A DNA stretch of 64,000 bases, taken from the NCBI GenBank assembly GCA_965207375.1, contig CBDBMG010000002.1:448001-512000 (forward strand), written 5' to 3'. Below the pieces are notes generated by a model. The model did no database searches, had not been told where the DNA came from, and was given only the letters and a program-made list of their open reading frames with translations. The position numbers and the translations under genes are program-made. How positions within the stretch are numbered: position 1 is the stretch's first letter; each line of letters opens with the position of its first letter. The DNA comes from Nitrosopumilaceae archaeon (GTDB taxonomy: Archaea > Thermoproteota > Nitrososphaeria > Nitrososphaerales > Nitrosopumilaceae). Positions 1-12,750 of this stretch are shown piece after piece.

Positions 1-167
1 ACTTCAGGTTTGCCAAAAGTAGGGATTAAACTTTTATAAATTATCTCATGCCAGAATGTTCTCTCGTCCTAAAATCTTATTCCTTGTTTCCTTACTTTTT
101 GTAGCACTATTGAATCCAAAATTCAATCCCTACTTACCTTTAAATTTTTAATTTTTTATCATTCTAG
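1..167 (+). mobile_element. Right arm of the terminal palindrome of a Helitron-like element (continues off the window start)
   Basis: Near-identical to 16272-16438; ends CTAG followed by T. Confidence 0.7.
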
Positions 168-178
168 TTATAATAGCT

Positions 179-2833
179 CAGGGCCGTAGGAAGCAAATTG
201 AAAGTGGTGAGGCCTTTGATCAAGATAGACTTCCATATAATATTATATGTTGGAATTTTATTCCATAACTAAGTGAACTATTATTTTGTATGATGTAATA
301 CTACCTACACATCTACTACCTAATAATTATTAACATTAGCTACTTATTCAAGTCACTTTCTTTGAATGTACCAAAAATTTGTTTTCTGTGCTCATGTTCA
401 AAGACAAAGTCATTAGCAACTTCAATTAAATTAAGCCCGTCAGTTAACTCCTGGTGATTGTTCAAAATCATGCGATGGTTCAGTCTGCTTTGAGACATTG
501 TTGAACGTAAATACGTTTTGATTCTACGAAGGGTGCTAAATGATCTCTCACTAACAGCATTAGTTGCGGGCATAACAAGAAGAAGTTTGAGTAGCTTGCA
601 CACTTCAGAGAGCAAGTCTAACTGGGCTGGCAACAAACTTTTATAATACTCTATAATATCTGATATAAATAGTGTTGCAGACTTGTCAGTAAAGTTAGCT
701 GTAAAAACTTGCAATTGGGTTTTTAATTGCTCGTCATTGAAGTCACTACCATAAAAATTTAACACAAACTCTAATTCAGACTGGTATGAATTGCCTTTGG
801 CAGCATTTATAAGCAAATCTTGAACATTACGATATACAGCAAACCCTGGCTGATCAAACCTCTCTGAGATACAAGTAGTAATGAGATCTAGTGCTTCAAA
901 GTAAATGCATTTGAAGTAATGGTTAGGAGTAGTAACAAATTCAGGCTGAGCATTTCCTATTTCATATCTTTTTGGCATTTTTCTTTGCCGAGGTAATAAT
1001 GGGTCTGAAATATCCAAATCTTTAGCTGTCTTTGTGACCCGTTCCCAAAAGAACTCAAAATTTTCCTCTGACCTCAGAGAAGAAAGTGTTTTAAGTGTCA
1101 TCTTTGCTACCTCCTGTCCTTCTGAAGCAGAAATATCTGTCTTCTGTAATGTTTTACTTAAATTATCACTGTGACGCAAAATTAAGTCACCTAAGCAAAT
1201 CCCAAAATAGTACTCAAACTTCTGCATTTGTGAAGCTACACCTAAAATACGAGCTCGGGCATCAGAATCTTTGATATCATTAAGTAATTCACTCCATAAT
1301 TCAACAAGCACTTGGTAGTTTTGTAAGATACCTTGAAGGGCCTCTGCTCTTACAGTCCACCTAGTGGGACAAAGAACTCGTATTCCTGGTGTATCAGGGC
1401 TAATATCAACTTTGAGCTTTTCAAAACATGATTGTCTTTTAGGAGAATTTTTAACTAGTTTGATAATCTCATGTGTAATATCCAAGGCATCTTTCATCAC
1501 CTTACACCTCTTTAGTGTATCGCCACATGCTAAATTTAGGGCATGGCCATAACAGTGCATGTAAACAGCTCTAGGCTCTTCTTGAGCTAATCGAGTTGCT
1601 ACCCCAGAATGTGTACCTCTCATGGTAGCAGCACCATCGTAGCACTGACCCCTAGCTTTGCTTATTGGAAGATACATTCGCATTAATACACTGTGTATAG
1701 CCTGAACAATGGTTATAGCATCAATTGAATCAACAACATGCAAACCAGCAAACTCTTCATGAACTTTGAAGTCATTGCTTACCCATCGGAAGCATATGAC
1801 AACTTGCTCATGATTAGAGTTGTCAGTTGTTTCATCCACCATAATTGTAAAATATGGTGTGTTACGAAGAGAATAAGCTAGTTGGTTTAAAACTTTCCTA
1901 GCCATTACTTTTATGATTTCATTTTGCATTTCGGGTGATGTATATTTATCTGTCTTTCTTTCAACCAATTCAAACACTCTGCTGTCATCTTCTCCTCGAA
2001 GTCTTAGTAGCTGATTAAAATTTGAATCTTTTTCATCCCCATCACCACGCAATGCAAGGCCTTGCCTAGTCAAAAATTTCAAATTGGACAGAATCTTTAA
2101 AAAGCATTGACGACGGACATGTTTTTCTTTGGCAACCTGTGATGACAAACACTCATCAATAGCAGTGGTTGTAGCTGGAAGTGTTACAGTTGTTAGAAGA
2201 GCATCTTTATGACAATTACTAGCTTCATGGTTTTGAAATTTAACACATGCATCTTTCCAATTTGTGTAATCAGTGGAAATATATGTGGATTCAAGATTGC
2301 TGACTGACTCGAGTTTTCTTTCTATATATGCTCTTACACAAATAAAGCAGAAAGCTGCATCTTTGTGGACATAATAATGCAGCCATGGAAAACGGGAAAA
2401 CCAGTTCTCTTGAAATGATCTCTTAACAACTACCTTTTTTCCAAATTCGCGTGATGGAAATTTGTAGTTCTTTGGCTGATTAGGTTTTTCTCCTATCTCA
2501 GGTGTTTCTATACGTTGTAAAACCCTAGAAATCTTTGATAGTGACATACTCAACAACTCATGCTTGAAACTAGCGACAAAATAATCGATTGTGGGTTTCG
2601 GTTTTTTTCAATTGTGGGTTTGTATTTTTGTAAGCTCAGCAGTAGTAAAGCAGAGGAGGAAACAATGTTTCGGAGTAGAAACAATGCCAATTTAGCTTTG
2701 TTAGTGACTGGGAGCAGGAAATTTTGGTAAGGTGATTATAGTTATAACTTATAAGGCATAAATTTTCAATATCAGATTGCCAAAAAGTGGTGAGGCCATG
2801 GCCTCACCAGCCTCACCGTCTCCTACGGCCCTG
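179..2833 (-). mobile_element. Autonomous hAT DNA transposon
   Basis: 13-bp TIR CAGGGCCGTAGGA (179-191 / 2821-2833); perfect 8-bp TSD TAATAGCT (171-178, 2834-2841); encloses a transposase ORF. Confidence 0.95.
340..2556 (-). CDS. hAT transposase (ZMYM1-like: TTF-type Zn finger, DDE core, hAT dimerisation domain)
   Basis: Uninterrupted 738-aa ORF with FPWL..AFCFIC finger, IMVDETTD, CYDGA, HCYGH, CPTRW and SERSFS motifs. The track start is TTG; the first ATG is at 2547. Confidence 0.92.
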   Translation of the reverse strand: MLSMSLSKISRVLQRIETPEIGEKPNQPKNYKFPSREFGKKVVVKRSFQENWFSRFPWLHYYVHKDAAFCFICVRAYIERKLESVSNLESTYISTDYTNWKDACVKFQNHEASNCHKDALLTTVTLPATTTAIDECLSSQVAKEKHVRRQCFLKILSNLKFLTRQGLALRGDGDEKDSNFNQLLRLRGEDDSRVFELVERKTDKYTSPEMQNEIIKVMARKVLNQLAYSLRNTPYFTIMVDETTDNSNHEQVVICFRWVSNDFKVHEEFAGLHVVDSIDAITIVQAIHSVLMRMYLPISKARGQCYDGAATMRGTHSGVATRLAQEEPRAVYMHCYGHALNLACGDTLKRCKVMKDALDITHEIIKLVKNSPKRQSCFEKLKVDISPDTPGIRVLCPTRWTVRAEALQGILQNYQVLVELWSELLNDIKDSDARARILGVASQMQKFEYYFGICLGDLILRHSDNLSKTLQKTDISASEGQEVAKMTLKTLSSLRSEENFEFFWERVTKTAKDLDISDPLLPRQRKMPKRYEIGNAQPEFVTTPNHYFKCIYFEALDLITTCISERFDQPGFAVYRNVQDLLINAAKGNSYQSELEFVLNFYGSDFNDEQLKTQLQVFTANFTDKSATLFISDIIEYYKSLLPAQLDLLSEVCKLLKLLLVMPATNAVSERSFSTLRRIKTYLRSTMSQSRLNHRMILNNHQELTDGLNLIEVANDFVFEHEHRKQIFGTFKESDLNK

Positions 2834-3415
2834 TAATAGCTAATAGGATAGGAAAAATTGGTACTTACATATTTGCCTTGCAGTAAGTAGCTTTGTCAGT
2901 TTGTGCGCGTGAGGATCAAAGAGAAAATTGATACTATATATGCCATAAAACATCAAGTGTACTGTATAGCAAATACAGCACAGTGCATGGTCAGCAAATA
3001 CAATGCTGTTACGTATATTAATTATAGTCTGCAACTACGTACTGCGTAAACAACCTTGCTTCCTTAAATGGATTTACAAAGGTTATTAGCTAGCACAAAA
3101 ATAAGCCATCTTACCAGACCGACAAGCTTGTTTACAAGAATCGCATCTGCCATTAAGGTTCGCCATAAGGTCAAAGCATCGCATTGTTACGTCGAACAAT
3201 TGTAATAGTAGAGATAACAGTACACCCACTCGACATTGCACTGAATGGCAGATAATTGCAAAGCATCAAGGTAAGAACTTATAAAGCATCACGGTTTGTT
3301 GACTTATAATACTAACATGCCTAAAAGCATCACACCGCAACCGTCATTACAAAAAATACATATTAATCCTCCCACACAAAACTAACAAATCAGTAAAAAC
3401 ACTGTATACTCATGT

Positions 3416-3509
3416 AATACAGCACTCGGGGTGGGGTCTCGTGGCAAATACAGCACTGGCTTCGAATCTTGCTGTATTTGCCACTCGAACCCACCCCTCG
3501 TGCTGTATT
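3416..3509. repeat. Short foldback element (Crypton-like non-autonomous)
   Basis: Arms AATACAGCAC..GGGGTGGG..GTGGCAAATACAGCA / TGCTGTATTTGCCAC..CCCACCCC..GTGCTGTATT around a GGCTTCG loop. Confidence 0.45.
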
Positions 3510-3655
3510 TTATCGTACAACACTCGTAATGGTGCTTTAACTAGTATATAGTGTATGCAATTGTCACGATGCAGCTCATCCTGTGCTAGCTATGTTGTAG
3601 CTATGATTGTGTTTCAGTGACATACCGGCTAACTATAGCTAAATCTCATTTTATA

Positions 3656-5185
3656 TCATGAACCACGGTAGTGGTTCATAATAGGGATCCAACGAAAAAT
3701 TGTGTAAATGCTCTAATAGAACGTACGCCATTTAAAGCTTCCTATACTGTTGAAAAAACCGCCCAGATCCTCTTTCAATACTCCTAAGACTATTACCGAA
3801 GTATAAAAAGCCTAGCTATATGGTATCTATATTTTTCATGTTTTTGAAAATACCCCAATTTCTCCATCTTCTTCTTCTTCTTCTTTCGCGCATCTACAGT
3901 CCACACAAAGTCGAAATCAGAAATAAAAACTGCTGGCGTATCTTTAAAATGCCCCTACCCAGGTCTGTGATATTTTAAATAGTTCGTTTTCTAAAGGGAT
4001 TGGAAGATATGAGCCAAAACTTCCTCCATAAAGATCGAGAAGCCATACGAACGCCCGTGGTGCATGTGCCAAAACGACCTCAACATTATGTGACCAATCT
4101 TATTGACGCCATACTGTCTGTAATAAGTGATTTTATAACTGAGCAACGTATTTCAGCTATTGATTTCAACCCTTTATTTTCATCGCTAGGAAAATAACTA
4201 AGTCCTTTATTTTCCGCGTCATATATAACACTAAGGTTTCCTAGATAAGGCGCTTTAATTAGAAAGCGCCACGTTGTCAGCTGAATGTTGTTCAGAACTA
4301 TTGAAGATGGACAATGACACAGTGGATTTATCCATTCTAAGGTAAGTGCTATTGCGTGCTGTGTTAATCGTTGTATTTAACCACCGCGCGTGCTTTTGTC
4401 CTGGAAGCCGGTATGTGTGCGCGCGTCTGTGTGTGTCCGCCCCTCGGGCTATTAAAGCCATTGACGCCTCAATAACCAATTAAACAAGTCTTACTGCTTT
4501 TCAGTTTCTTTATAAGGCACTTGCTATCGATACTATTGATGGGAGGGAGCTTAGTAACTAAGCGCATCGTGAGTTACTGCCAAAGAGGAGCAAGGTTACG
4601 CGGTATTTGCTGTTCATTACGCGATAAAAGCCGTTTAACCAGCTGTACATTACTAACAAGATAGAGTGCTTCAGTTTTAAAAGTGGGCGTGCCGCGTGGG
4701 TTGCGAAGCTTACAAAACAAGACTGGCCTATAGTGTTACACTAATGCGTGTAAAGAGGCCGTTAGGGAATCTTATGAGAGCAACCCTGAAAAGAAAAGGG
4801 AGGCTGCCAGAACGATACGTGAATAGTAAAAGATAGTTGTTCATACATTTCATATGCAGATGTCATTGTCCAGCAATGGACATGAAAAAACTAAAGAAAC
4901 TAGTAAATATAAAAAAATTGTTAATTTCAAAAAGGAGAATAGGGATCCTGAAAAACTACCTAAACAAGGTGAAGATAGTGAGAGTTTGTGATTTTATTAT
5001 ATTTGAGATACCTATTTTGACTGTTGAAATGATAATTGTAATTGACCATACTCTCAGCTACTGTCAAAATAGGGATCTCAAATATAATAAAATCACAAAC
5101 TCTCACTATCTTCACCTTGTTTAGGTAGTTTTTTCAGGATCCCTATTCTCCTTTTTGAAATTAACAATTTTTTTATATTTACTAG
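3656..5185 (+). mobile_element. Helitron-like non-autonomous element with ~125-bp-arm 3' palindrome
   Basis: A|TC start; 5' hairpin ATGAACCAC-GGTA-GTGGTTCAT then TAGGGATC; palindrome ~4899-5186; ends CTAG|T. Confidence 0.65.
4376..4742 (+). mobile_element. Truncated HINE-family copy nested in the Helitron-like element
   Basis: Homologous to 11388-12122 (CCAATtAAACAAGTC..ACTGCTTTTCAGTTTC...GACTGGCCTATAGTGTTACA). Confidence 0.75.
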
Positions 5186-5456
5186 TATATAATATATAAT
5201 TGTCTGTACCTATGGCTAGTGGCTAGCTACCTTGTTGACTGTTAGTAAGAAGTGTTGCTATAGCTGCTACCATTTGGTATAAAACAATTTCCTTTAACTA
5301 TAAAGTCTATATTAATATTGTAAGCAATTAATTAATGGTCATAAACCCAAACCAATTTGTTGAGTTATTATAATTATATATCCTTCTGCTAAATTATATG
5401 ATATTATGTATATAGCTATGTAATATGTACACCTTACACTGTATGTAGCTACTATA

Positions 5457-5502
<46 letters not shown>

Positions 5503-6374
5503 TACGTATATCAACTCTATCTAAATAAAATATTGGGAAGAAGGGATCACACTCTATAATGGTGGGTCATCAGAGTTCATTGAATGCATGTGTTACAGCT
5601 AACTATAGAGTTTAAAAGTTAATGACATATTATAGCTAGCTAATAAGCAACACATAAGACTAAAATAATTTTATATAGCTATTTTGATAAAAACATCATG
5701 ACAACATACATTCAGGAAAGCTTAATAGATAGCTATATAATATTAGTTAGTAAAAGTTTTTAATAATATCTGTTTAGTTGGCTTCTGTTGTTACCAAATG
5801 ATGTATCAAAGTTACCCATATATAAATGTTATAACTGCATGTGCTTAACATTAGCAAAATAATCATGTTGTTAGTACAAGTAGCTACATACATACATGGT
5901 AAACACGAATACATATACTTGCCTATCTATGTAAATATATTAGTGTCGTAAAAAGATTATTTTTGGGGGCCACTATCAGTATTCATTGACAGGATGCTTT
6001 ATGTAAAAAAGGACATGTATCTATAGCTACCTACATTTGAAATCATACGTACTTCAAGGGCGGAGACAGCTACCAAAAAGTAGGGGTGCTGAATTCCCCA
6101 TGCTACTAGACTCTAACCGTAGAGCCCACTTTCATAAGGGCTCAAAATATGCCCAATTTATTTGGGCATGCACATATACACTATTTTCAAAGTGCAGTTA
6201 CCTAACTACTTATCTACACCTGCATAATTAAACCTAGACTACATATGCATGCTGCTGTTTGTGCAGCTCACTATGCTATGTGTATAATATATACAGAAGG
6301 ATCAGCTTCTACGGTTAATGAATCACATGCATGGACTGCGAGTCATCACTGGATCACATGGGCCGTCAGTTATC

Positions 6375-6509
6375 TGTAGTGTATAGACTGACTATCTATA
6401 TTTAGAATGATTATATATAGGTTGCACGTGATTGCTTGTACTATAAATATATACCTCGTGTTATTGAATTATTGTAATAATCTTGAATCCAATACAACTG
6501 TATTGTACA
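6375..6509 (+). repeat. 5' LTR
   Basis: TGTAGTG...TTGTACA, identical to 10403-10537. Confidence 0.95.
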
Positions 6510-6527
6510 TGGTGTCAGAAGTGGGAT
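6510..6527 (+). promoter_or_regulatory. Primer-binding site (tRNA-Leu)
   Basis: TGGTGTCAGAAGTGGGAT directly after the LTR; complementary to a tRNA-Leu 3' end (..ATCCCACTTCTGACACCA). Confidence 0.85.
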
Positions 6528-6531
6528 AACA

Positions 6532-9500
6532 ATGGCTAGTCTAAGTTTAGAAGTACCAGAAAACTTTGACTTCCGATCTCCGGATGATTGGCCTCGATGG
6601 AAAAAGAGGTTCCAACAATTTCATCTCACTTCTGGGCTAGCAGATGAGGGCGAAGGGCGACAGATCAGTACTCTGTTATATTGTCTCGGCGGAGAAGCCG
6701 AAGACGTGCTGGGGTCAACCAATATCACCGAAGATGAGCGGAAGCAGTACAGCAAAGTACTGGAGAAATTTGACAGTCATTTCCAAGTTCGACGCAATCT
6801 AATTTTTGAAAGAGCAAGATTCAACAAATGTGATCAAAGAGAAGGGGAATCTGAGGAATAACATATCACCGCCTTGTATTAGTTAGCAGAAAGGTGCGAA
6901 TATCGTGATTTCAAATCGGAAATGATAAGAGACAAGCTCGTAGTGGGTATTCGTAATACAGCCTTATCTGAGAAACTCCAGATGGATGCAGCACTGACTT
7001 TGGAAAAGGCAAAGAGGTTAATCAGACAACATGAGGTGGTTCATGAACAGCAAGAGACACTGAAAGATCCTACGAAGGACACTAGTGCCGTAAGTGAGCA
7101 TAACCTAGACTACGTTAAGAATAGAACAGTTGGGTTCCAGAAGGGGAATGGGCACAAAGACAGGACACAAATAAATCAAAACACAGGTTGTCAGAGTAAA
7201 TGTACTCGATGTGGGAAGCCAAACCATGCACGAGACAAGTGCCCAGCTCGTGAAGCTAAGTGTTTTAAATGCCAGAAAATAGGCCATTTTAGTTCCCAGT
7301 GTCGCTCAAAACAAGTTTCTGCCATGACAGACCATAGTGAACAAATGAAGGAAGACCCATTCCTGGGGGCTGTCACCTCAAACTCGTTAACTCAGTGGAA
7401 TGCAACCATTGCAGTAAACAATAAACAGACTCAATTTAAGTTAGACACAGGGGCAGAGGTGACAGCCATATCCAAATCCACTCACAATACTATAGGGGAA
7501 CCAGACCTGATGAGAACAAGTAAAGCACTTTATGGTCCAGCAGGCACATCGCTAGAAGTGTGCGGCCAATTCACAGCTAGCTTGTCATACAAATCAGTTC
7601 AATCCAATCACACTGTGTATGTAGTGAAAGTCTTACGAATAACCTCTTAGGGGTAGCTACCAGCCATAATTTTACTCAACCTAGCCATGAGAATCCAACA
7701 AATAGAGGAGACTAGCACCCAAGTTCAAGATGAATTTCCCAACATTTTCAAAGGGTTGGGCACCATTGGTGAGGAGTATGAGATCCGACTCAAAGATGGG
7801 GTTAAACCCAGAGCATTGTGCACAGCAAGACATGTGCCAATCCCCCTGCGCACAAAAGTCCAAGAAGAACTGAATCGGATGCAATCACTGGGAGTAATTT
7901 CACCTGTAGATGAGCCAACTCCGTGGTGTGCAGGGATGATGGTGGTGGTACCCAAGCCTTCTGGAGACATACGCATCTGCGTAGATTTGAAACCCTTGAA
8001 TGAAGGAGTGTTGCGTGAATTTCACCCATTGCCCAAAGTAGAAGAGACATCGGGTCAATTAAATGGGGCGACGATTTTCAGTAAGTTGGATGCAAATAGC
8101 GGATTCTGGCAAATTCCGCTTGCTAGGAAATCCAAGCTGTTAACAACATTTATAACACCCTTCGGGAGGTATTATTTCAACAAGCTACCCTTTGGGATAT
8201 CTAGCGCTCCTGAGTTATTCCAGAAAAGGATGAGTACAATATTGTCAGACCTTAAGGGAGTGTTATGCTGGATGGATGATATCCTTGTGTTTGGAAGTAA
8301 CACAAAAGAGCATAACAAGAGGCTAAAGGCAGCTCTAGAACGTCTGGAATCAGCGGGAGTTACTCTTAACCCCAGGAAGTGTGAGTTCTCAAAGAGCTCT
8401 CTTAAGTTTCTCGGGCATGTAATTGATAAGGATGGCATATCGGCTGACCCAGAGAAAGTTCGTGCGATCACTGAACTGCCACTACCAACAAACATTCCAG
8501 AGTTGCGTAGAGTTATGGGAATGATCAATCAGTTGGGTAAATTCCTACCTAGTCGTACTAAAGTAACACGCCCAATGACAGCACTACTCAGTCCTAAGAA
8601 TTCCTGGATATGGGGTCAAGCTCAGTCTAACGCATTCAACAAAGTGAAAGAGGAACTTACCAAAAACCCTAAGGTGTTGGCTCTTTACAACCCAGCTGCA
8701 GAGATAAAACTTTTAGCAGACGCATCTTCATATGGGCTGGGGGGAGTACTTTTTGCAGAAAGTTAATACTACATGGCAGCCAGTGGCATATGCATCCCGT
8801 TTGATGTCCACAACAGAAGAGCGCTATGCGCAAGTAGAAAAGGAAGCCCTTGCCATTACCTGGGCATGTGACAAATTTTCAATGTATTTACTAGGGAAAA
8901 AGTTTGAAATAGAAACGGATCATAAACCATTGGTCCCTCTCCTCAGCTCAAAACCCCTAGACAACTTGCCACCCCGAGTTTTGAGGTTCCGTCTGCGCAT
9001 GATGAGGTACAACTATTCAATTTCGCATGTTCCGGGCAAATTGCTCTATACTGCAGACGCTCTATCTAGAGCACCAGTATCTGCATCTGGCAATCATGAG
9101 GATTCCACAAGTTTACAAAATGAGACAGAAGCCTTTGTTGCAGCCATGGTTTCAAATTTCCCTGCAACATCAGACTGCCTAGTGGAATTTTGGAAAGCTC
9201 AAGCAGCCGATCAAACACTCTCTAAAGTAATCAATTTCTGTCAGACTAAATGGCCAGCTGAACTAGCAGTGAGTGCTGCATTAAAACCTTACTAGAAAAT
9301 TCGAGATGAGCTTTCTGTTTGCAAGCAACTTCTTCTGTGTGGAGACAGAATAGTCATTCCTTCTTGTTTACAGGAAGATATTCTACAGCGTCTTCACCAG
9401 GGTCACCAAGGTATAGTCAAATGTAAACTTCGTGCTAAAAACTCCGTCTGGTGGCCAGGGATTTCGACACAAATAGACAAGGTCATTCGCAAATGTCAGA

Positions 9501-10393
9501 CTTGCAGTCAGAACCTTCCAAGCAGGAGTGAACCACTTATTCCCACACAACTCCCATAACGACCATGGGAAAAAGTTGGCTCTGATTTATTTGAACTCAA
9601 GGGAATACATTACCTCCTGATAATAGATTACTTCTCACGTTATATTGAGGTAACAAAACTGTCGACAACTACTTCAGCGAGTGTGATCTCAGCATTAAAA
9701 TCCAATTTTGCCAGATACGGTATCCCAGATGTACTGATATCTGACAATGGCCCTCAATATTCAGCAAAAGAATTTGAAGCATTTGCAAAGTCTTATGAAT
9801 TTACACACCAGACAAGTAGTCCCTATCACCCACAGGGAAACGGGGAAGCAGAGAGGGCAGTCAAGACTGTTAAGAAGTTGCTGAAAAGTTCCAAAGATCC
9901 TCATCTAGCATTGCTATCATACAGAACAACTCCACTTCCGTGGTGTAACCTGTCACCAGCTCAACTTCTGATGGGGAGGCGCATTCGTTCCAATCTCCCA
10001 ATATCAACAGCTTCACTCCAACCAGAATGGCCTGATTTACAAGTATTTCGTATACGAGACTCTTCTTACAAGGAGAAACTCGAGAAACAATATGATAGAC
10101 GACATCGTGCAAGGGAGCTACCACTGTTAGATGAAGACACTCCAGTGTATATTGCAAGTGGGCCAAATAACAATGCCATACCTGGGAGAGTCATTGAACA
10201 TGCTAGTGATCGCTCATACCTCATAGAGACACCAATTGGAATGTCGAGGAGGAACAGGAGTTATCTGAACATTAGAACTGATGAACAAATTGATGTTCTG
10301 GCTACACAAGGCAATGTTCCCCCAAGAACCCCAATTGCTACGAGGCTAAGGACTGGAACTGCCATCAAACCCCCAAACAAACTCACGTTCTAG
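6532..10393 (+). pseudogene. Disrupted gag-pol polyprotein
   Basis: Two CCHC knuckles, protease LDTGA, RT (LDANSGFWQ, PFG, WMDD), RNase H (ADAS, EKEALA, TDHKPL), integrase (SDNGPQY, GEAER). In-frame stops near 6859, 6880, 9293 and 9557; frameshifts near 7630-7690 and ~8750. Confidence 0.92.
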
Positions 10394-10402
10394 GAGGGGA
10401 GA

Positions 10403-10537
10403 TGTAGTGTATAGACTGACTATCTATATTTAGAATGATTATATATAGGTTGCACGTGATTGCTTGTACTATAAATATATACCTCGTGTTATTGAATTAT
10501 TGTAATAATCTTGAATCCAATACAACTGTATTGTACA
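10403..10537 (+). repeat. 3' LTR
   Basis: Identical to the 5' LTR; preceded by a polypurine tract. Confidence 0.95.
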
Positions 10538-11387
10538 TTATCGCTAAATGAAGGCCCGTGGCTGTTGACTCATCATGATCTCAATGTCAGAATCCACTAA
10601 AATAGGCAGCTAAATAGAATCAATTCAATCGGTGCTTTTCCTTTATCACGTGTTCTTGTCCTTCACTATTCCTCTGACGCCGGCATCGGCTTAAATGGCC
10701 CAGCAAACTAACAAAGTTTATGATTCAGTTTCTATGCTTAATATTACATATACCTACCTGAATGTAGCAGCTGGTTTCAGACAGTGTCATTATTAAATCT
10801 TCACACGAGCGCAAGCAATAAGTGGCATAATTCCAAACTGAAATAAAGGGCAATATTCATAAATTTAAATTCTTCACGTGATCAAGTTTAAATTTAAGAC
10901 TGATGAAGGATACATGTTGCTTGTGATGAATAGTAGCTAGCTAAGTTCAGTTTGTATATAATGCTACAGTTTAACTGTGTTAGAGTTCTCAGTATTTTGG
11001 GGGTGCTCAGCCCCCTCTCCTGCGAAGTGGGGGGCTTGAGCCCCTCCTGCCCCCCTATATCTCCGCCCTTGATAGTTAGCTTAGCATTTATATTCCCTGT
11101 TAATTACTTTAGCCAAAAGCTGTGCAGGAAATGTAATTTTTGCTACTTAAAAGTGCCTGCTGAATACTTTGAATGTTACTAATAATAATTAATTATGGTA
11201 TTTAACCTACGTATCAGTGCTGTTACCATGGCAAGAAGTGTTACATAACAGATATTAGTATCAGGCAAATTACCTGCCAATAAGTGGGTTTATAAACATA
11301 ATTGTGACCAGATTTGTGAAAACCCTTCCTTCCATTCACTGGACTGGACTACTGGACTGGAATACTGGACTGGACTACTGGACTGAA

Positions 11388-12122
<735 letters not shown>

Positions 12123-12310
12123 CCATTTTTGGACAAGTTTCTGTGTTTATTTTAGCTACATTTCTGTAAAACAGTAACCGTGAATTATGAAGTAATTTGA
12201 ATGATTATAGAAATAATCTACAGCCCACAATAATTTCATGCAATATGTTTTACTGTAGTGTTTTGAACTGTTTTCAGCAATGCATTAGCTGATATTTGCT
12301 GTTATGATAC

Positions 12311-12750
12311 CATAGATAGTATACCCTACGGATACGGGATTGGAAACGCCGTAACCTTGTTTATGTACTATCCGCGCCCGCTCCTGGTTTTCACCTTTGC
12401 GTACCTGTAACTCTGTGATGTTCTTTACGAATTTTACGAAACTTTTGTAGGTAAATCAGTACGTGTAGTTTTACAGGGATATAGTAATTGGATTGTTTAT
12501 ATTAACCCGTTTATTGTAGATTACAGGTGTTTGTGTTGTTTATACACTCGCACTTTGCGTACCTGTAACTTCATTACTATTGCTATGAATTTCACAAAAC
12601 TGTTGTTAATAAGTTAGTAATGTGTAGTTGTACAGGGAAATCTTGCTTAAGTTACAGGTACACAAAGGTGAAAACCAGAAGCGGGACACGGATAGTACTA
12701 TGAAGCTTACGGCGTTTCCAATTCCGTGTCCGTAGGGTATACTATCTATG
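12311..12750. mobile_element. MITE with long TIRs and 7-bp TSD (P-superfamily-like)
   Basis: TIR CATAGATAGTATACCCTACGGA.. / ..TCCGTAGGGTATACTATCTATG (~100 bp imperfect); TSD ATGATAC (12304-12310, 12751-12757). Confidence 0.8.

Larger units (their letters stand above)
6375..10537 (+). mobile_element. Ty3/Gypsy LTR retrotransposon, full length
   Basis: Identical 135-bp TG..CA LTRs; 5-bp TSD TTATC (6370-6374, 10538-10542); PBS; PPT AGGAGGGGGAGA; domain order gag-PR-RT-RH-IN. Confidence 0.97.
6055..11071. mobile_element. hAT-like non-autonomous element interrupted by the Gypsy insertion
   Basis: 12-bp TIR CAAGGGCGGAGA / TCTCCGCCCTTG and GGGGTGCT/AGCCCC subterminal motifs; no TSD recognisable. 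Confidence 0.55.

Noticed and set aside
6859-9560. RIP-like CpA to TpA signature in the Gypsy stop codons
   Set aside because: Transition-derived stops arise mostly from CAA, CAG and TGG anyway (ascertainment bias), ancestral codons are unknown, and the LTRs are unmutated.
7105-10166. Minus-strand ORFs within the Gypsy element
   Set aside because: Antisense shadows of gag-pol with no recognisable motifs.
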